Positions 28,788 to 40,743 of a stretch of 64,000 nt of DNA are shown piece after piece (positions within the stretch are counted from its first letter, which is position 1; every line of letters begins with the position of its first letter). The notes below the pieces were generated by a model. The model was not told the origin of the DNA and did no database searches. It saw only the letters and a program-made list of their open reading frames with translations. Source of the DNA: an uncultured Phycisphaerales bacterium (GTDB lineage: Bacteria; Planctomycetota; Phycisphaerae; Tepidisphaerales; Tepidisphaeraceae); contig CAVWVQ010000005.1 of NCBI GenBank assembly GCA_963758525.1, positions 1 through 64,000 of the forward strand, read 5' to 3'. The position numbers and the translations under genes were made by a program.

Positions 28788-31700
28788 ATGAATTTGAGGC
28801 GCTTTCAAATCCCGCTGGTGCTCATCTTGTTTTCATCCGCGTCTGTGCGCGCCGCTCCCGCAGCGAGCCTTGATCCCGAATTGGAACGCAAAACCTTCAA
28901 GATCGCCGACGGGTGGGAGATCAATCTTTTCGCCGCCGATCCGATGGTCGAAAAACCGATCGAGATGAATTGGGACAATCGCGGCCGGCTCTGGGTCGCC
29001 ACTTCGGAAACGTATCCTCAGTTGAAACCCGGCGCGATACCCAACGATAAAATTATTGTCCTGGCAGACTCCGCCGGGCGGGGCAGAGCGGATCGATCAA
29101 CGATCTTTGCCGATGGTTTGTTCATTCCCACTGCCGTCGCGCCCGGCGACGGCGGGGCGTATGTCACCAACAGCACCGAGATCGTTCATTTCGATGAGAA
29201 CCCCGCGACGGGGAAAGCCGAGCATCGCCGCGTGGTTCTCGCCGGCTTCGGGACCGAGGATACGCATCACATCATTCACACGCTGCGCTGGGGCTTCGAC
29301 GGTCGGCTCTATTGGAACCAATCCATCTACATTCACAGCCACGTCGAAACGCCGCGCGGCGTCGTGACGCTGCTCGGCAGCGGAACCTGGCGCTTTGACC
29401 CGAAAACCGAACAGCTCGGCATACTCAGCCGCGGCATGGTGAATCCGTGGGGAATCTGCTTCGACCGCTGGGGCCGATGGTTCGGAACCGACGGCGCGGG
29501 CGGCCAGGGTGTCGCCTGCGTCTTCCCGGGATCCGCTTTCGAAAGCGCCGTCAATGTCGAGCGCACGATGGCGGGCTTGAACCCCGGCAGCCCGAAATAT
29601 TGCAGCGCCGAATTGCTCACCGGCCGGCAGGTTCCCGACGAATATCAGGGAGATCTCCTCACCAATGACTTCCGCGCGCATCGCATCGTGCGTTTCAAGC
29701 TGAAGCCGGACGGCGCGGGATTTTCATCGCAGCAGATGCCCGACTTCATCACCAGTCCCGATCCGGCTTTTCGTCCGGTCGATATTCGCATCGGGCCCGA
29801 CGGCGCGATCTACATTGCCGACTGGTACAACCCGATCATTCAGCACGGCGAGGTCGATTTCCGCGATCCGCGCCGCGATCATGTGCACGGCAGAATCTGG
29901 CGGGTCACCGCCAAAGGGCGGCCCCTGGTGCAGAAACCGACGATTGCGGGCGCGACGATTCCCGCCCTGCTCAATCTGCTCAACAGCCCCGAAGATTACA
30001 CCCGCTCCCACGCGCAACTTGAACTGCGCGAGCGGCCGGCCGCTGATGTTGCCGCGGCGCTGGCAGTTTGGACGACCGCGCTTCAGCCGGCGGACAGCAA
30101 TTTCGAGCGTGCTCTGCTCGAAGCGCTTTGGACGGATGAGGCGATCGACGTCGTCAACCCAGCGCTGCTCGCGCGGCTGCTGGCAGCCCGCGATCCGCAC
30201 GCTGCGCCGCCGCAGTGCGCGTGGCATCGCGATGGGGCGCGGAACTCCCAAACGGTCGCGATATTTTCGCGGCAGCAGTCGCCGATCCCGATCCATCTGT
30301 GCGCCTCGAGGGGATTCTCGCGGCGGCGACGCTCGCCAGCCCCGATGCAATCACCATCGCGATGCGCGGCCTCGATCGGCCGCGTGACAAATTCATCGAT
30401 TTCGCGCTCTGGTCCGCCGCCAACGATTTGAAGTCGATCTGGCTTCCGACTGTCGAAGCGGGCACGCTGAGTTGGGGCAGGCCCAGCCATCTCACGTTCG
30501 CTCTCGAAGCCGTCAAATCGCCCGTGGCGGTCGCCGCGTTGTTGCAGCAATTGAAGAACAATCAACTTCCACCCGCCTCGCGCGGCGACGTGATCGATTT
30601 TGTAGCCTCCGTCGATCCAAAGAAAAACGCCGACGTGCTCCTCGACCTTGCCGTCGGCGCGGACATCTCCGACGACACCACCCGTCTCCAGATCGCCTCC
30701 GCTTTGCAACGAATGGCCCGCAACGACCATGCCGATCCCGCGCACGATCCCGCGCGCATTGAATCTCTTTTTGGCGCGTCCGACCCGCAACTCCGCGCAA
30801 GCGCTGTACAACTGGCGGGGCTGTGGAAAATCGAGTCTGCGCGACCACAACTGGAGAAGTTCGCCGAGGATCAATCGACGCCGATTTCAATTCGCGCCGC
30901 CGCGTTCGACGCGCTGGGCACTTTGGGCGGCGACGGCAGCAAGACGCTGCTGGAAGCCATGAGCGACGAGCCGAACGATCCGGCCGTTCGTTCAGCCGCG
31001 ATCGCAGCGCTGGCCTCGATCGATCTCCGCGGCGCATCGTCGCTGGCGGCGAAATTGCTCGCCGCCGGCAGCGTCGCCGATCTCGACCCGCTGCTCGAGC
31101 CGTTTCTCCAGCGGGAGGCCGGCGCCGATGCGCTGGCAACCGCACTGGCCGGCCGGACGATTCCATCTTCGACGGCGCGAGCCTCGCTGCAATGCCTGCA
31201 GGCGCACAGCGCCGGTGATTCGCCGCTTGCGCAGCTTCTTCAGAAATCCGCCGGCGCGGCGTCGGGTCCGGTCAGATTGTCGCCGCAAGAGATGCGGTTG
31301 ACGATTGCCGACGTGCTGGCCAAGGGCGACGCCGCTCGCGGCGAGCTGATTTTCCGCCGCCGCGAAACCGGCTGCTACCAGTGTCATGCCATCGACGGAG
31401 CCGGCGGATTTCTCGCGCCCGATCTGGGTTCGATCGGGGCCAGCAGTCCGATGGATTACGTGATCGACTCCATTCTCGATCCGAACAAAGCGGTCAAGGA
31501 CGGCTTCATGGGCGTCACGGTCGTCACCCGCGACGGCGACGTCATCAGCGGCATTAAAATCCGCCAGGATGCGAAGGAATTGGTTCTCAAGGACAGCACG
31601 CATGAGCAGATCGTCATCCCGCTGAAGAACGTGCGACGGCAAAAGGACACCGGATCTCTGATGCCGACCGGGCTGACTGATTCGCTGACGCGCCCGCAGT

Positions 31701-32194
31701 TTCTCGACCTGATCCGTTTTGTCAGCGAGCTGGGCAAGCCCGGCCCGTTCGGCCCAAGCTCCGTTCCCGTCGCTCGTCGCTGGCGCCTGCTCGATCCGCC
31801 CGCCGCTGAAGCGGGAGCCGATTCTTCCGCGTTTCCATCCGCGGTCGGCTCCGCCGCGAGCTGGTCGCCGGTCTATAGTTTGGTGAACGGCGATCTGCCG
31901 GTCGATGCGCTTCGCGGTTCCGTTTCCTCCAAGTTCGCAATCGTGCAATGTCAGATCAATGCAACGACTGGAGGAAAGACAAGCCTGCACCTGGGCGAGG
32001 CCGCCGGACTTGCCGTGTGGGTCGACCAGAACGCGATCCCGGTGGCCCAGGATGTTCCAATACAACTCACGCCTGGAGTGCATGCGTTGACGTTCCGAGT
32101 TATTCTCGCCGATCGTGGCGAGCGCCCATTACGAGTCGAATTGCGCGCGGCAAGCGCGAGCGACACCCGCGCGGAGTTCGTCGGTGGCAGGTAA
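28788..32194 (+). CDS. PVC-type membrane-bound dehydrogenase-domain / HEAT / heme c (CxxCH) protein; indel near 30205
   Basis: LFAADP, WD..GRLWV, FRPVD...GPDGAIYIADW, HEAT repeats, CYQCH, SLMP. Confidence 0.85.
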
Positions 32195-32216
32195 TAGGGT
32201 TGTTCGAGGAAACTTC

Positions 32217-35200
32217 ATGTCGATGAATTATTTGAAGCGGTTATCGCTTTTCCCCGCGATCCTGAGCGCTGTGATTTGCGGAGCATCTCTTGCCGAAGAC
32301 GACATCCCGATCATCCCCCCAAAAATCGCGCCGGCGTCCAACGAGGGAGAGATCGCGATCGGAAAGATGAAGGTTCCCAAGGACCTCAAGACCGAGCTCT
32401 TCGCGGCCGAGCCGATGGTCAGCAATCCGGTCGCCCTGTGCGTCGATGAAATCGGGCGCGTGTACGTTGTCGAAACAAATCGCATCGACCGCGGCGCGTT
32501 TGACGTCCGCCAGCACATGGACTGGCTCGAAGATGATCTGGCCAACAAGACCGTCGAAGATCGCGTGGCCATGCTGCATCGCAAGCTCGGGCCGAATTTC
32601 CGGCGCGAGACGCAGGGGGCCACCGACCGCGTGGTGCGGCTGGAAGACTCCGCGGGCGAGGGCAAAGCCGACAAGCAGACGATCTTTGCAGACGGCTTCA
32701 ATCACGCCGACGAAGGGCTCGGTGCCAGCGTGCTGGCACGAAACGGCAACGTCTATTTCACCGACATCCCCAATCTCTGGCTTCTGCGCGACACACAGGG
32801 CAACGGCGTGGCCGATGTCCGCAAATCCCTCAGCTACGGCTATGGCCTGCACTACAGCTTCTATGGCCACGACCTGCACGGCCTGCGCTTCGGCCCCGAC
32901 GGGAAGCTTTATTTCAGCATCGGCGATCGCGGCGCAAACGTGACCAAATCCGTCGATGGCCGCACTGTTTCCAACCCCGATTCCGGTGCGGTGTTCCGCT
33001 GCAACGCTGACGGCAGCGGCCTCGAGGTCTACGCCACGGGCCTGCGCAATCCGCAGCAGCTTATCTTCGACCAGTACGGCAATCTCTTTACCGGCGACAA
33101 CAATCCGGACTACGGCGATCCCGCCCGATGGGTCTATGTCGTTGAAGGCGGCGATAACGGTTGGCGCGTCGGCTACCAGGAGGCGCGCCATCCCATCGGC
33201 GGCGGCCCGTGGATGTGGGAGAGCCTCTGGCAGAAGGAAGATAAGCTCACGGCCTATTCACAGCTTCCCGCCGTCGGACATCCCGGCGGCGGGCCGTCGG
33301 GCGTCGCTTATTACCCCGGCACCGGATTGCCGGACCGCTACGAGAATCATCTGTTCATGTGCGACTTCCACGGCGGATTCACCGGCAGCGGAATCCAGAC
33401 GTTTGTCGTCCATCCCAAAGGCGCCTCGTTCGAAATGGGGAAGATCGACCACTTCGTCTGGGATTGCCTCGCGACCGATCTTTGTTTCGTGCCCAGTGGC
33501 GGCGTCTACATCGCCGACTGGGTGCAGAGCTGGGGATTGACCGGCAAAGGCCGCATCTATCACGTCTTCGATCCGACGCTGCAGCAGGACCCCGTTGTTC
33601 TTGAAGTGAAGAAGCTGCTCGCGGAGGGAATGAGCAAGCGATCGCCGGACGAGTTGATCCATCTGCTGGGGCACCGCGACATGCGCGTTCGCCAGGCGGC
33701 GCAGTTCGAGCTTGCCGACCGCGGGGATGCCTCGGTTGCCGCCCTGACGGCGCTCGCACAGGCCTCGGGCGAGAAGCTGCCGCGCATCCACGCCATCTGG
33801 CGCTGGGACAGATCGCCGAGGCGGACAAATCAAACAAGCCCGCGGCGGGAATCGTGCAGGTGCTCTCTGATCCGGACGACGAGGTTCGCGCCCAGGCCGA
33901 GAAGACGCTCGGCAGTCTTCACGACGCTGACGCATACGATGCAACGCTGAAATTACTTTCCGATCCCAGCCCGCGCGTGCGCTTCTTCGCGGCCATGGCT
34001 GCGGGGCATCTCGGACGCAAGGAGGCCAGCGGCAAGCTTATCGAGATGCTCCGCGCCAATGATGACAAGGACGCTTTTCTGCGTTACGCGGGCGTCTGGG
34101 CGCTCGCCCAACTCGATGACACGGCGACGCTTGCCAACGCCGCAACGGACAGCGCGCCCGCCGTCCGAATGGCTGCGCTGCTGACTTACCGGCGGCTCGC
34201 TTCTCCGGAAGTGGCGAAGTTTCTGGACGACGCCGACCCGCGCATCGTTCTGGAAGCTGCCCGGGCCATTCACGACACCTACATCGAATCCGCCCGGCCG
34301 GCGCTGGCGGCGATGATCGCGCGCACCGGTCTGAACGAGCACGTGATCGCCCGCGTGCTCAACTCTGCCTACCGCCTCGGCACGCCCGACGCAGCCCGCG
34401 CGCTTGCCACTTTCGCGGCCAGCGATACGCAGCCCGAGGCCTGGCGCATCGAGGCGCTGCGGCTGCTGGGCGAGTGGGAAACGCCGTCGAATCTCGATCA
34501 GATCATGAATCTGTATCGCCCGCTTGAGCCGCGCGCATTGAAAGTGGCGCAGGACGCGGCGGCTCCCGCCCTCAAGGAGATCTTCAAGTCTGCCCCCGAT
34601 ACCGTTAAAGCGGCGGCCATCGCGCTCATCGACAAGCTCAAGATCCAGGATTCGTCCATCGCCGTGGAGTTGGTGAACAACCCTGCCATGTCCGCGCCGC
34701 TTCGCATCGCTGCCCTGCAGCTTCTTGCAGACCGCAAGGACCCGGCTCTTTCCGATGCAGTGCAGAGCTGCCTGAATGACAAGGACGTCAAGCTCCGCGC
34801 CGCCGCCATCCGCTGCCTCGCGCAGCTTCCCGATGGAACACAGCGCCTTGAGTCAGCGATGAAGAACGCATCGGTTCCCGAACAGCAGGCCGTCTACGAT
34901 GCCTTGGCCAAGGTTCACACCCCCGGCGCCGACAAGATGGTCGCCGCCGGGATGGACCAACTGTTGGCCGGCCAGCTGCCAAAGTCAGTCTGGCTGGAGG
35001 TGCTCGAAGCTGCCTCACATCGCGCCAGCGGTTCGGTGCACCAGAAGTACGTCCAGTACGAGGCGTCGCTGCCCCAAGACGATCATCTGGCAGCCTATCG
35101 CCAATGCCTCGAAGGCGGCGACGCCGCCGCCGGCGAAAAAATCTTCCGCGAGCGTGCTGACGTTTCCTGCGTCCGCTGCCACATCGCCCAGGGCAAAGGC

Positions 35201-35587
35201 GGCATCGTCGGGCCAGTTCTCGACGGCATCGGTCAGCGCCAGACCCGGCAGTATATTCTCGAATCGATTGTCGATCCCAACGCCAAGATCGCCCCCGGCT
35301 TCGAGAGCGCCGTGGTCAAAACCAAATCCGGCAAGACGTTGGTCGGCGTCGTCCGCAAAGACGACTCGCATGATCTTGTCCTGATCAACGCCGAGGGGAA
35401 AGAAGAGAAAATACCCAAAAGCGACATCATCTCCCGTGATCGGGGTTTGTCGGCGATGCCGCAGGATGTATCAAAGACGCTGACCAGGCGCGACCTCCGC
35501 GATCTGGTCGAATTTCTCGATGGATTGACCAGCCCCGTAAAGAGCGCGCCGCCAGGCGCCGACCCGAGCGCGGAACCATTGAAATAG
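32217..35587 (+). CDS. Second PVC-type heme-binding CxxCH protein; indel near 33800
   Basis: LFAAEP, GPDGKLYFSIGDRG, GLRNPQ, HEAT repeats, CVRCH, SAMP. Confidence 0.85.
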
Positions 35588-35722
35588 GACATATTCCGGC
35601 GTCTTGACCTTGAAAAGTAGATCGTGTGGTTCCTCAAGGAGGCACGGCGTTTGTTGCACGCCGCGGCAGTCGCCCGTCGACTGATGGGTGCGTCATTTAT
35701 GGTTTCTTCTATGGAGCACACG

Positions 35723-36271
35723 ATGATTGCGACACAACAAAGTAATGCAAAGACAAATGACCCATCGGCAAATCCTGATCCGATCACAAAGGCTCCAGGC
35801 GCTCATCCAGTCGGAGCTGGCATCGGGGCTGCCGCCGGTGGGGCGGCTGGAGCTGCCGGCGCTGCCGCCGCCGGTGCGGCGCTGGGAAGTGTAGCCGGAC
35901 CCATTGGAATGGCCGTAGGGGCGGTTGTTGGCGGGGTCGCCGGCGGTCTGATCGGCAAAGGACTTGCGGAAGAGGTCAATCCTTCCGCCGAAACCGCTAT
36001 GCCGGCAGGGAATCGCACCTTCCCGGCGGTCTCCCGCGATTCCTGGGACCGCACCGACGAAGACCGCATTCCTGTCGCGGTTGCCGCGACTCGACGCCCG
36101 GTCACTCGGGACACGGCGCACCCGGCCAAGCGTGAAATCTCCCACGACATGATCGAAACGCGTGCGTATTACATTTTCAAGGGCGGCTCGGGAATGTCGC
36201 AGGACGACAACTGGTTCCAGGCCGAACGGGAGCTGCAGGCGTCTGAGACCGAGCAAGCGGTGGGTGAATAG
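35723..36271 (+). CDS. Glycine-zipper protein with C-terminal DUF2934 domain
   Basis: NPDPITKAPGAHPVG plus Gly/Ala zipper; IETRAYYIF...WFQAEREL; GGAG RBS. Confidence 0.75.
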   Translation: MIATQQSNAKTNDPSANPDPITKAPGAHPVGAGIGAAAGGAAGAAGAAAAGAALGSVAGPIGMAVGAVVGGVAGGLIGKGLAEEVNPSAETAMPAGNRTFPAVSRDSWDRTDEDRIPVAVAATRRPVTRDTAHPAKREISHDMIETRAYYIFKGGSGMSQDDNWFQAERELQASETEQAVGE

Positions 36272-36307
36272 CCCACCACGCAAATTCCGCTGCAACGCAC
36301 TTGCCCG

Positions 36308-36313
36308 TATAAT
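36308..36313 (+). promoter_or_regulatory. -10 box (TATAAT) of a probable leaderless mutL transcript
   Basis: Perfect TATAAT 6 nt before the GTG start; no SD. Confidence 0.55.
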
Positions 36314-36319
36314 CGGCCC

Positions 36320-38197
36320 GTGGACCGCCGGCCAATTCAGCAGCTTTCACCCTCTCTGGTCAATCGCATCGCTGCCGGCGAAGTGATCGAGCGACCGGCG
36401 GCTGTCGTCAAAGAGCTGGTCGAGAACTCCATCGACGCGGGCGCGACGCAGATTGTCGTGGAAGTCGAGGATGGGGGGCGGGCCCTGATCCGGGTGTTGG
36501 ACAACGGGTCGGGGATTCCATCTGGGGATCTGGCACTGGCGTTTGCTTCGCATGCGACCAGCAAGCTGACGTGCGATGACGATCTGTTCCGCATCGGCAC
36601 CATGGGATTCCGCGGCGAGGCACTGGCCAGCATCGGCTCGGTGTCGCATGCGCGGATTCTTTCACGCGTACCGGGCAATGACGAAGGGTGGGAAATTCAA
36701 AATCGCGGCGGGGTTGTGGATCAGCCGCAGGCGGCGGCGGCGAACGTTGGGACGACGATCGAAGTCCGGAATCTCTTTTTCAACACGCCGGCCCGGCGGA
36801 AGTTTATCAAGGGGGCGGGAACCGAGTTCGGGCACATTTCCGAGGCGGTGTTGCGGATCGCGCTGCCGCACCCGGGCATCGGTTTTCGGCTGACACACAA
36901 CGGACGGACGGCGCTGGACCTGCCGGCAAGCGATGGAGACACGCGGCTTTTGTCGGCGTGGCCGGACGAATTTCACGAGCAGCGCATGGCTCTTGCCGCC
37001 GGCGATGCGGAGATGAAGGTGCGGGGAATCATCGGTCTGCCGGAATTGGCGCGGCCGACGGCGAAGTATCAATATTTGTATCTCAACGGCCGGGCGATTC
37101 GCGATCGTTTTGTGATTCACGCGTTGCGCGAAGCGTACCGGGGGCTGACCGAGCCCGGTCGGCATCCCGCCGCCATCCTGCTGCTGGAGATGCCGCCGGG
37201 GGATGTGGACGTGAACGTGCATCCGACCAAGTCGGAAGTGCGGTTTCGCGACAGCGGCAGGGTGCATGGGTTGGTTCTGTCGGCGGTTCGCGAACGGCTG
37301 CTGGGGAGCGATCTGACGCCGCGGGCCGTGCCGATGCGAGCGGAAGATGACTCCGCGCGCCCCGAATTGCGGGAGAAGCTGGCGAGTTTTTTCAAACAAC
37401 TGCCGGCGGGCCTGGTGGCGCCGTCCAGCCAGGCAGGCGGAGTGTCGGGGCCATCCGGCCCCATTGCCGACCCGCGCACGGAAGCGCTCGCGGGCAGCGC
37501 TCGGCCCTCGATCTTTGCCGCGCCGATGGAAGCCAATGGGAGCGCGATGCCTGCTTCGGCTGCGGGAGCCGCCGCGGCGGAGAATCTCACCGTAGTTTCA
37601 CGGCAGGCGCCGGCGCCATCGATCTCAAACGCGATTCAGGTTCACAACAGCTATCTCGTCGCCCAGAGCGACGATGGGATGATCATCATCGATCAGCACG
37701 CGCTGCACGAGCGGATCATGTATGAGGAGTTGCTGGCCCGGGTGAATCGCGGGCCATTGGAATCGCAGCGGATGCTGATTCCGATGCCGATTGACGTGGC
37801 GTCAACACAGCTGGCGCTGCTGGATCAGATTCAGCCGTTGCTGCAGCGTTTGGGAATCGAAGTCTCGCCCTTCGGCCCCGGCAGCATCGCGGTCCATTCG
37901 TTTCCGACGTTCCTCGAACGGCTCGACCCCGCGAGCTTTGTCAGCGAACTGCTGGAGCGTGGCGAGCAGGAACTGCTCGATCTGCACGATGAAGAACTGC
38001 TGCACGAAGTGCTGGACATGATGGCCTGCAAAGCCGCCGTGAAGGCCGGCGATCCCCTCTCGCAAACGGAGATCGAAGCGCTGCTGCAACGTCGCGAACT
38101 GGTCGACCGCTCGAGCAACTGTCCGCACGGGCGCCCGACGTCGCTGAGGCTTTCGCTCCGCGATCTGGAAAAACAGTTCAAACGGACCGGATTCTAG
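36320..38197 (+). CDS. mutL: DNA mismatch repair endonuclease MutL
   Basis: IAAGEVIERP, GFRGEAL, DVNVHPTK, DQHALHER, ACK, CPHGRP. Confidence 0.98.
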   Translation: MDRRPIQQLSPSLVNRIAAGEVIERPAAVVKELVENSIDAGATQIVVEVEDGGRALIRVLDNGSGIPSGDLALAFASHATSKLTCDDDLFRIGTMGFRGEALASIGSVSHARILSRVPGNDEGWEIQNRGGVVDQPQAAAANVGTTIEVRNLFFNTPARRKFIKGAGTEFGHISEAVLRIALPHPGIGFRLTHNGRTALDLPASDGDTRLLSAWPDEFHEQRMALAAGDAEMKVRGIIGLPELARPTAKYQYLYLNGRAIRDRFVIHALREAYRGLTEPGRHPAAILLLEMPPGDVDVNVHPTKSEVRFRDSGRVHGLVLSAVRERLLGSDLTPRAVPMRAEDDSARPELREKLASFFKQLPAGLVAPSSQAGGVSGPSGPIADPRTEALAGSARPSIFAAPMEANGSAMPASAAGAAAAENLTVVSRQAPAPSISNAIQVHNSYLVAQSDDGMIIIDQHALHERIMYEELLARVNRGPLESQRMLIPMPIDVASTQLALLDQIQPLLQRLGIEVSPFGPGSIAVHSFPTFLERLDPASFVSELLERGEQELLDLHDEELLHEVLDMMACKAAVKAGDPLSQTEIEALLQRRELVDRSSNCPHGRPTSLRLSLRDLEKQFKRTGF

Positions 38198-38207
38198 AAA
38201 CCGAAGC

Positions 38208-39146
38208 CTACCCAACCACCGCAAGCTTCTTGAGCGACCTGGGCGGCTCGAAGAAAACGTCTTCGCGGGCGACATCACGGGTTTCGACTTCGCCGTTGAA
38301 GTCCCTTTTGAGCCGATCGAGCAGGCCATCGACCAGATGCTCCGGCGCAGACGCGCCGGCGGTGACCAGCACCAGATCCACGCCATCGAACCACTCGGGA
38401 TTCAGGCCCGACTGGTCGTCGATCAGATAGGCCGCCTTACCCAGGGCTCTGGCGGTTTCGACCAGACGCTGCGAATTGGAGGAGTTGGTGCTCCCGATCA
38501 CCAGCACCAGATCCACCTCCGGCGCCAGCGCCGTGACCGCAGCCTGGCGGTTGGTGGTGGCGTAGCAGATGTCTTCCTTCGGCGGCCCCTTGATGTTGGG
38601 GAATCGCTTCTTGAGCGCCGTGATGACGCGCATTGCATCGGAGATGCTCAGCGTGGTCTGAGTGACGTAAGCCAGCTTGTTGGGATCGCGCACCTGCAGG
38701 CGTTCGACATCTTCGGGCGACTCGACGACGGTGATCGACTGGGGCGCTTCTCCGACGGTTCCCACTGCTTCATCATGATTGGCGTGGCCGACGAAGAGGA
38801 TCGAATAGCCGTCCTTGGCGAAGCGGAGAACCTCCAGATGCACCTTCGTGACCAGCGGGCAGGTCGCATCGACCTCCACCAGCCCGCGGCCGCGGGCTTC
38901 CTGGCGTACCTTGGGAGAGATGCCGTGGGCGCTGTAGATGACTAGGCCGCCCTGGGGAACCTCCGCCATGGAGTCAACGAAGGTAACGCCGCGCTCGCGG
39001 AACCCATCTACCACATGGCGGTTATGAACGATTTCATGGAAGACGAATACCGGCGGCCCTTTCATCTTCAGCACCTGATCGACCACGTCGATCGCCATGT
39101 TCACGCCGGCACAAAAACCGCGGGGATTTGCGAGTAGTATTTTCAT
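38208..39146 (-). CDS. ispH: 4-hydroxy-3-methylbut-2-enyl diphosphate reductase
   Basis: PRGFCAGV, DATCPLV, DICYATTNRQ, SSN, TAGASAP. Confidence 0.98.
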   Translation of the reverse strand: MKILLANPRGFCAGVNMAIDVVDQVLKMKGPPVFVFHEIVHNRHVVDGFRERGVTFVDSMAEVPQGGLVIYSAHGISPKVRQEARGRGLVEVDATCPLVTKVHLEVLRFAKDGYSILFVGHANHDEAVGTVGEAPQSITVVESPEDVERLQVRDPNKLAYVTQTTLSISDAMRVITALKKRFPNIKGPPKEDICYATTNRQAAVTALAPEVDLVLVIGSTNSSNSQRLVETARALGKAAYLIDDQSGLNPEWFDGVDLVLVTAGASAPEHLVDGLLDRLKRDFNGEVETRDVAREDVFFEPPRSLKKLAVVG

Positions 39147-39227
39147 GGTTTTGCAGCGCATGGTATCACGAGGTTCGGGGGTGCGTCCACCCGAACGTGT
39201 GGGTTGGGGCGGGGTCGTGCGGGGTCG

Positions 39228-39410
39228 GGGGTTCAGGGTGTCAGGGGTCAGGGGTCAGGGTGTCAGGGTGTCAGGGTTCAGGTGGAGCAAAAAGTGAAGG
39301 GCGAAGGGCAAAGAGTGACGTAAAAGCCCTTGCATCGAACTTCAATCTTCACCCTTTACTCTTTACTCTTGCATTTTGCTGAACCCCGAGGCCCTGATAC
39401 CCTGACCCCT
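39228..39410. repeat. Nested 7/8-mer periodic hairpins
   Basis: GTCAGGG(T) tandem arm / CCCTGA arm enclosing AAGGGCG-type / CTTTACT-type arms. Confidence 0.7.
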
Positions 39411-39428
39411 CCGTTACAAAGGAGTGTC

Positions 39429-40733
39429 GTGGCACAGATTCGTCCGTTTGCGGGGATTCATTACGCCAATCTTCCCAACGGGGATATTTCTGGAGTCATC
39501 GCTCCGCCGTATGACGTGCTGGACGCCCAGGGGCGGGCGGCGCTCAAGGCGAAGCATCCGCAGAATGTGGTGAATATCGACTTGCCGCATCTGCCGCCCA
39601 AAGAGGCTGGGCCTGATGAGGTCTATGCCGCCGCCAGCGTCACGATCAACGCGTGGCTGCGATCGGGCGTGCTGAAGAAAGATGTTCGGCCGGCGCTGTA
39701 CCCCTATGCACAAAGCTACGAGCACCTCGGACGGACGTTCCATCGTCGCGGGTTTATCGCGCTGGTGAGACTGTCCCCGTTTGGCGAGGGGCATGTCATT
39801 CCGCATGAGAAAACCCACAAGGGCCCGATCGAAGACCGGCTGAAACTCATGCGGGCGACGGGCATGCAACTCTCGCCGATCTTCGGACTTTTCAGCGATG
39901 CCCGCAATGAGATCACCAGCCTCCTGTTTCGGCAGATCGGCAGGCCGCAATTAAGCGGGACGCTGGATCACGTGAAAAACGATCTGTGGAGCGTCATCGA
40001 CGCGGAGGTGGAGAACAGCGTCATCGACAAGATGGCAACCCGCCCCGTGTACATTGCCGACGGGCATCACCGCTACACAACCGCGTTGCAATATCAACAG
40101 GAGGCACGGCAGCAGGCCGGCGGCTCGCTCCCGCCGACGCATCCTGCCAATTTCTGCATGTTTGTGCTGGTGGGGATGCAGGACGACGGGCTGCTGATAT
40201 TGCCGACACACCGCCTGATCGGCGGGTTGGAACATTTCACGATTGAAGCATTTCGATCCGCGGTCGCGGAGATATTTGAAGTCGTCGAGCGCGTCGCGTC
40301 ACCCGAGCAGATTCCCGCGGCGATCGAGACACTGGCGGGCGAGCCGGCGCATACCTTCGCGTTGTACGACGGCACGACGCGCAAGCTGTACACGCTGCGC
40401 CCCAGGTTGCCCGACCCGCTCAAAACGCTGGAGCCGACTCAGAGCCAAGCATGGCGGGGGCTGGACGTGGCAATTCTGCAGCGCTACCTGCTCGACGAAG
40501 TGCTGGGGCCGCTGTTCGCCGGCGGAAAGGAACTCACCAAGGGCTACACCGCCGATCCCCAGGCCATCGTCCCGCAAGCCGATGGCAAGCAATACCAGAT
40601 CGCCCTGGTTCTGCGCCCCACCCCGCTGCATGCGCTGGAGGAACTTGGAAGACATGGGGAAGTAATGCCCCAAAAGAGCACCTACTTCTTCCCGAAGCTG
40701 GCGACGGGCATGATGATGTATCCGCTGAAATGA
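39429..40733 (+). CDS. DUF1015 family protein
   Basis: IRPF, APPYDV, IPHEKT, IADGHHRY, PTHR, MPQKSTYFFPK. Confidence 0.9.
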   Translation: MAQIRPFAGIHYANLPNGDISGVIAPPYDVLDAQGRAALKAKHPQNVVNIDLPHLPPKEAGPDEVYAAASVTINAWLRSGVLKKDVRPALYPYAQSYEHLGRTFHRRGFIALVRLSPFGEGHVIPHEKTHKGPIEDRLKLMRATGMQLSPIFGLFSDARNEITSLLFRQIGRPQLSGTLDHVKNDLWSVIDAEVENSVIDKMATRPVYIADGHHRYTTALQYQQEARQQAGGSLPPTHPANFCMFVLVGMQDDGLLILPTHRLIGGLEHFTIEAFRSAVAEIFEVVERVASPEQIPAAIETLAGEPAHTFALYDGTTRKLYTLRPRLPDPLKTLEPTQSQAWRGLDVAILQRYLLDEVLGPLFAGGKELTKGYTADPQAIVPQADGKQYQIALVLRPTPLHALEELGRHGEVMPQKSTYFFPKLATGMMMYPLK

Positions 40734-40743
40734 CGGATTTTGT

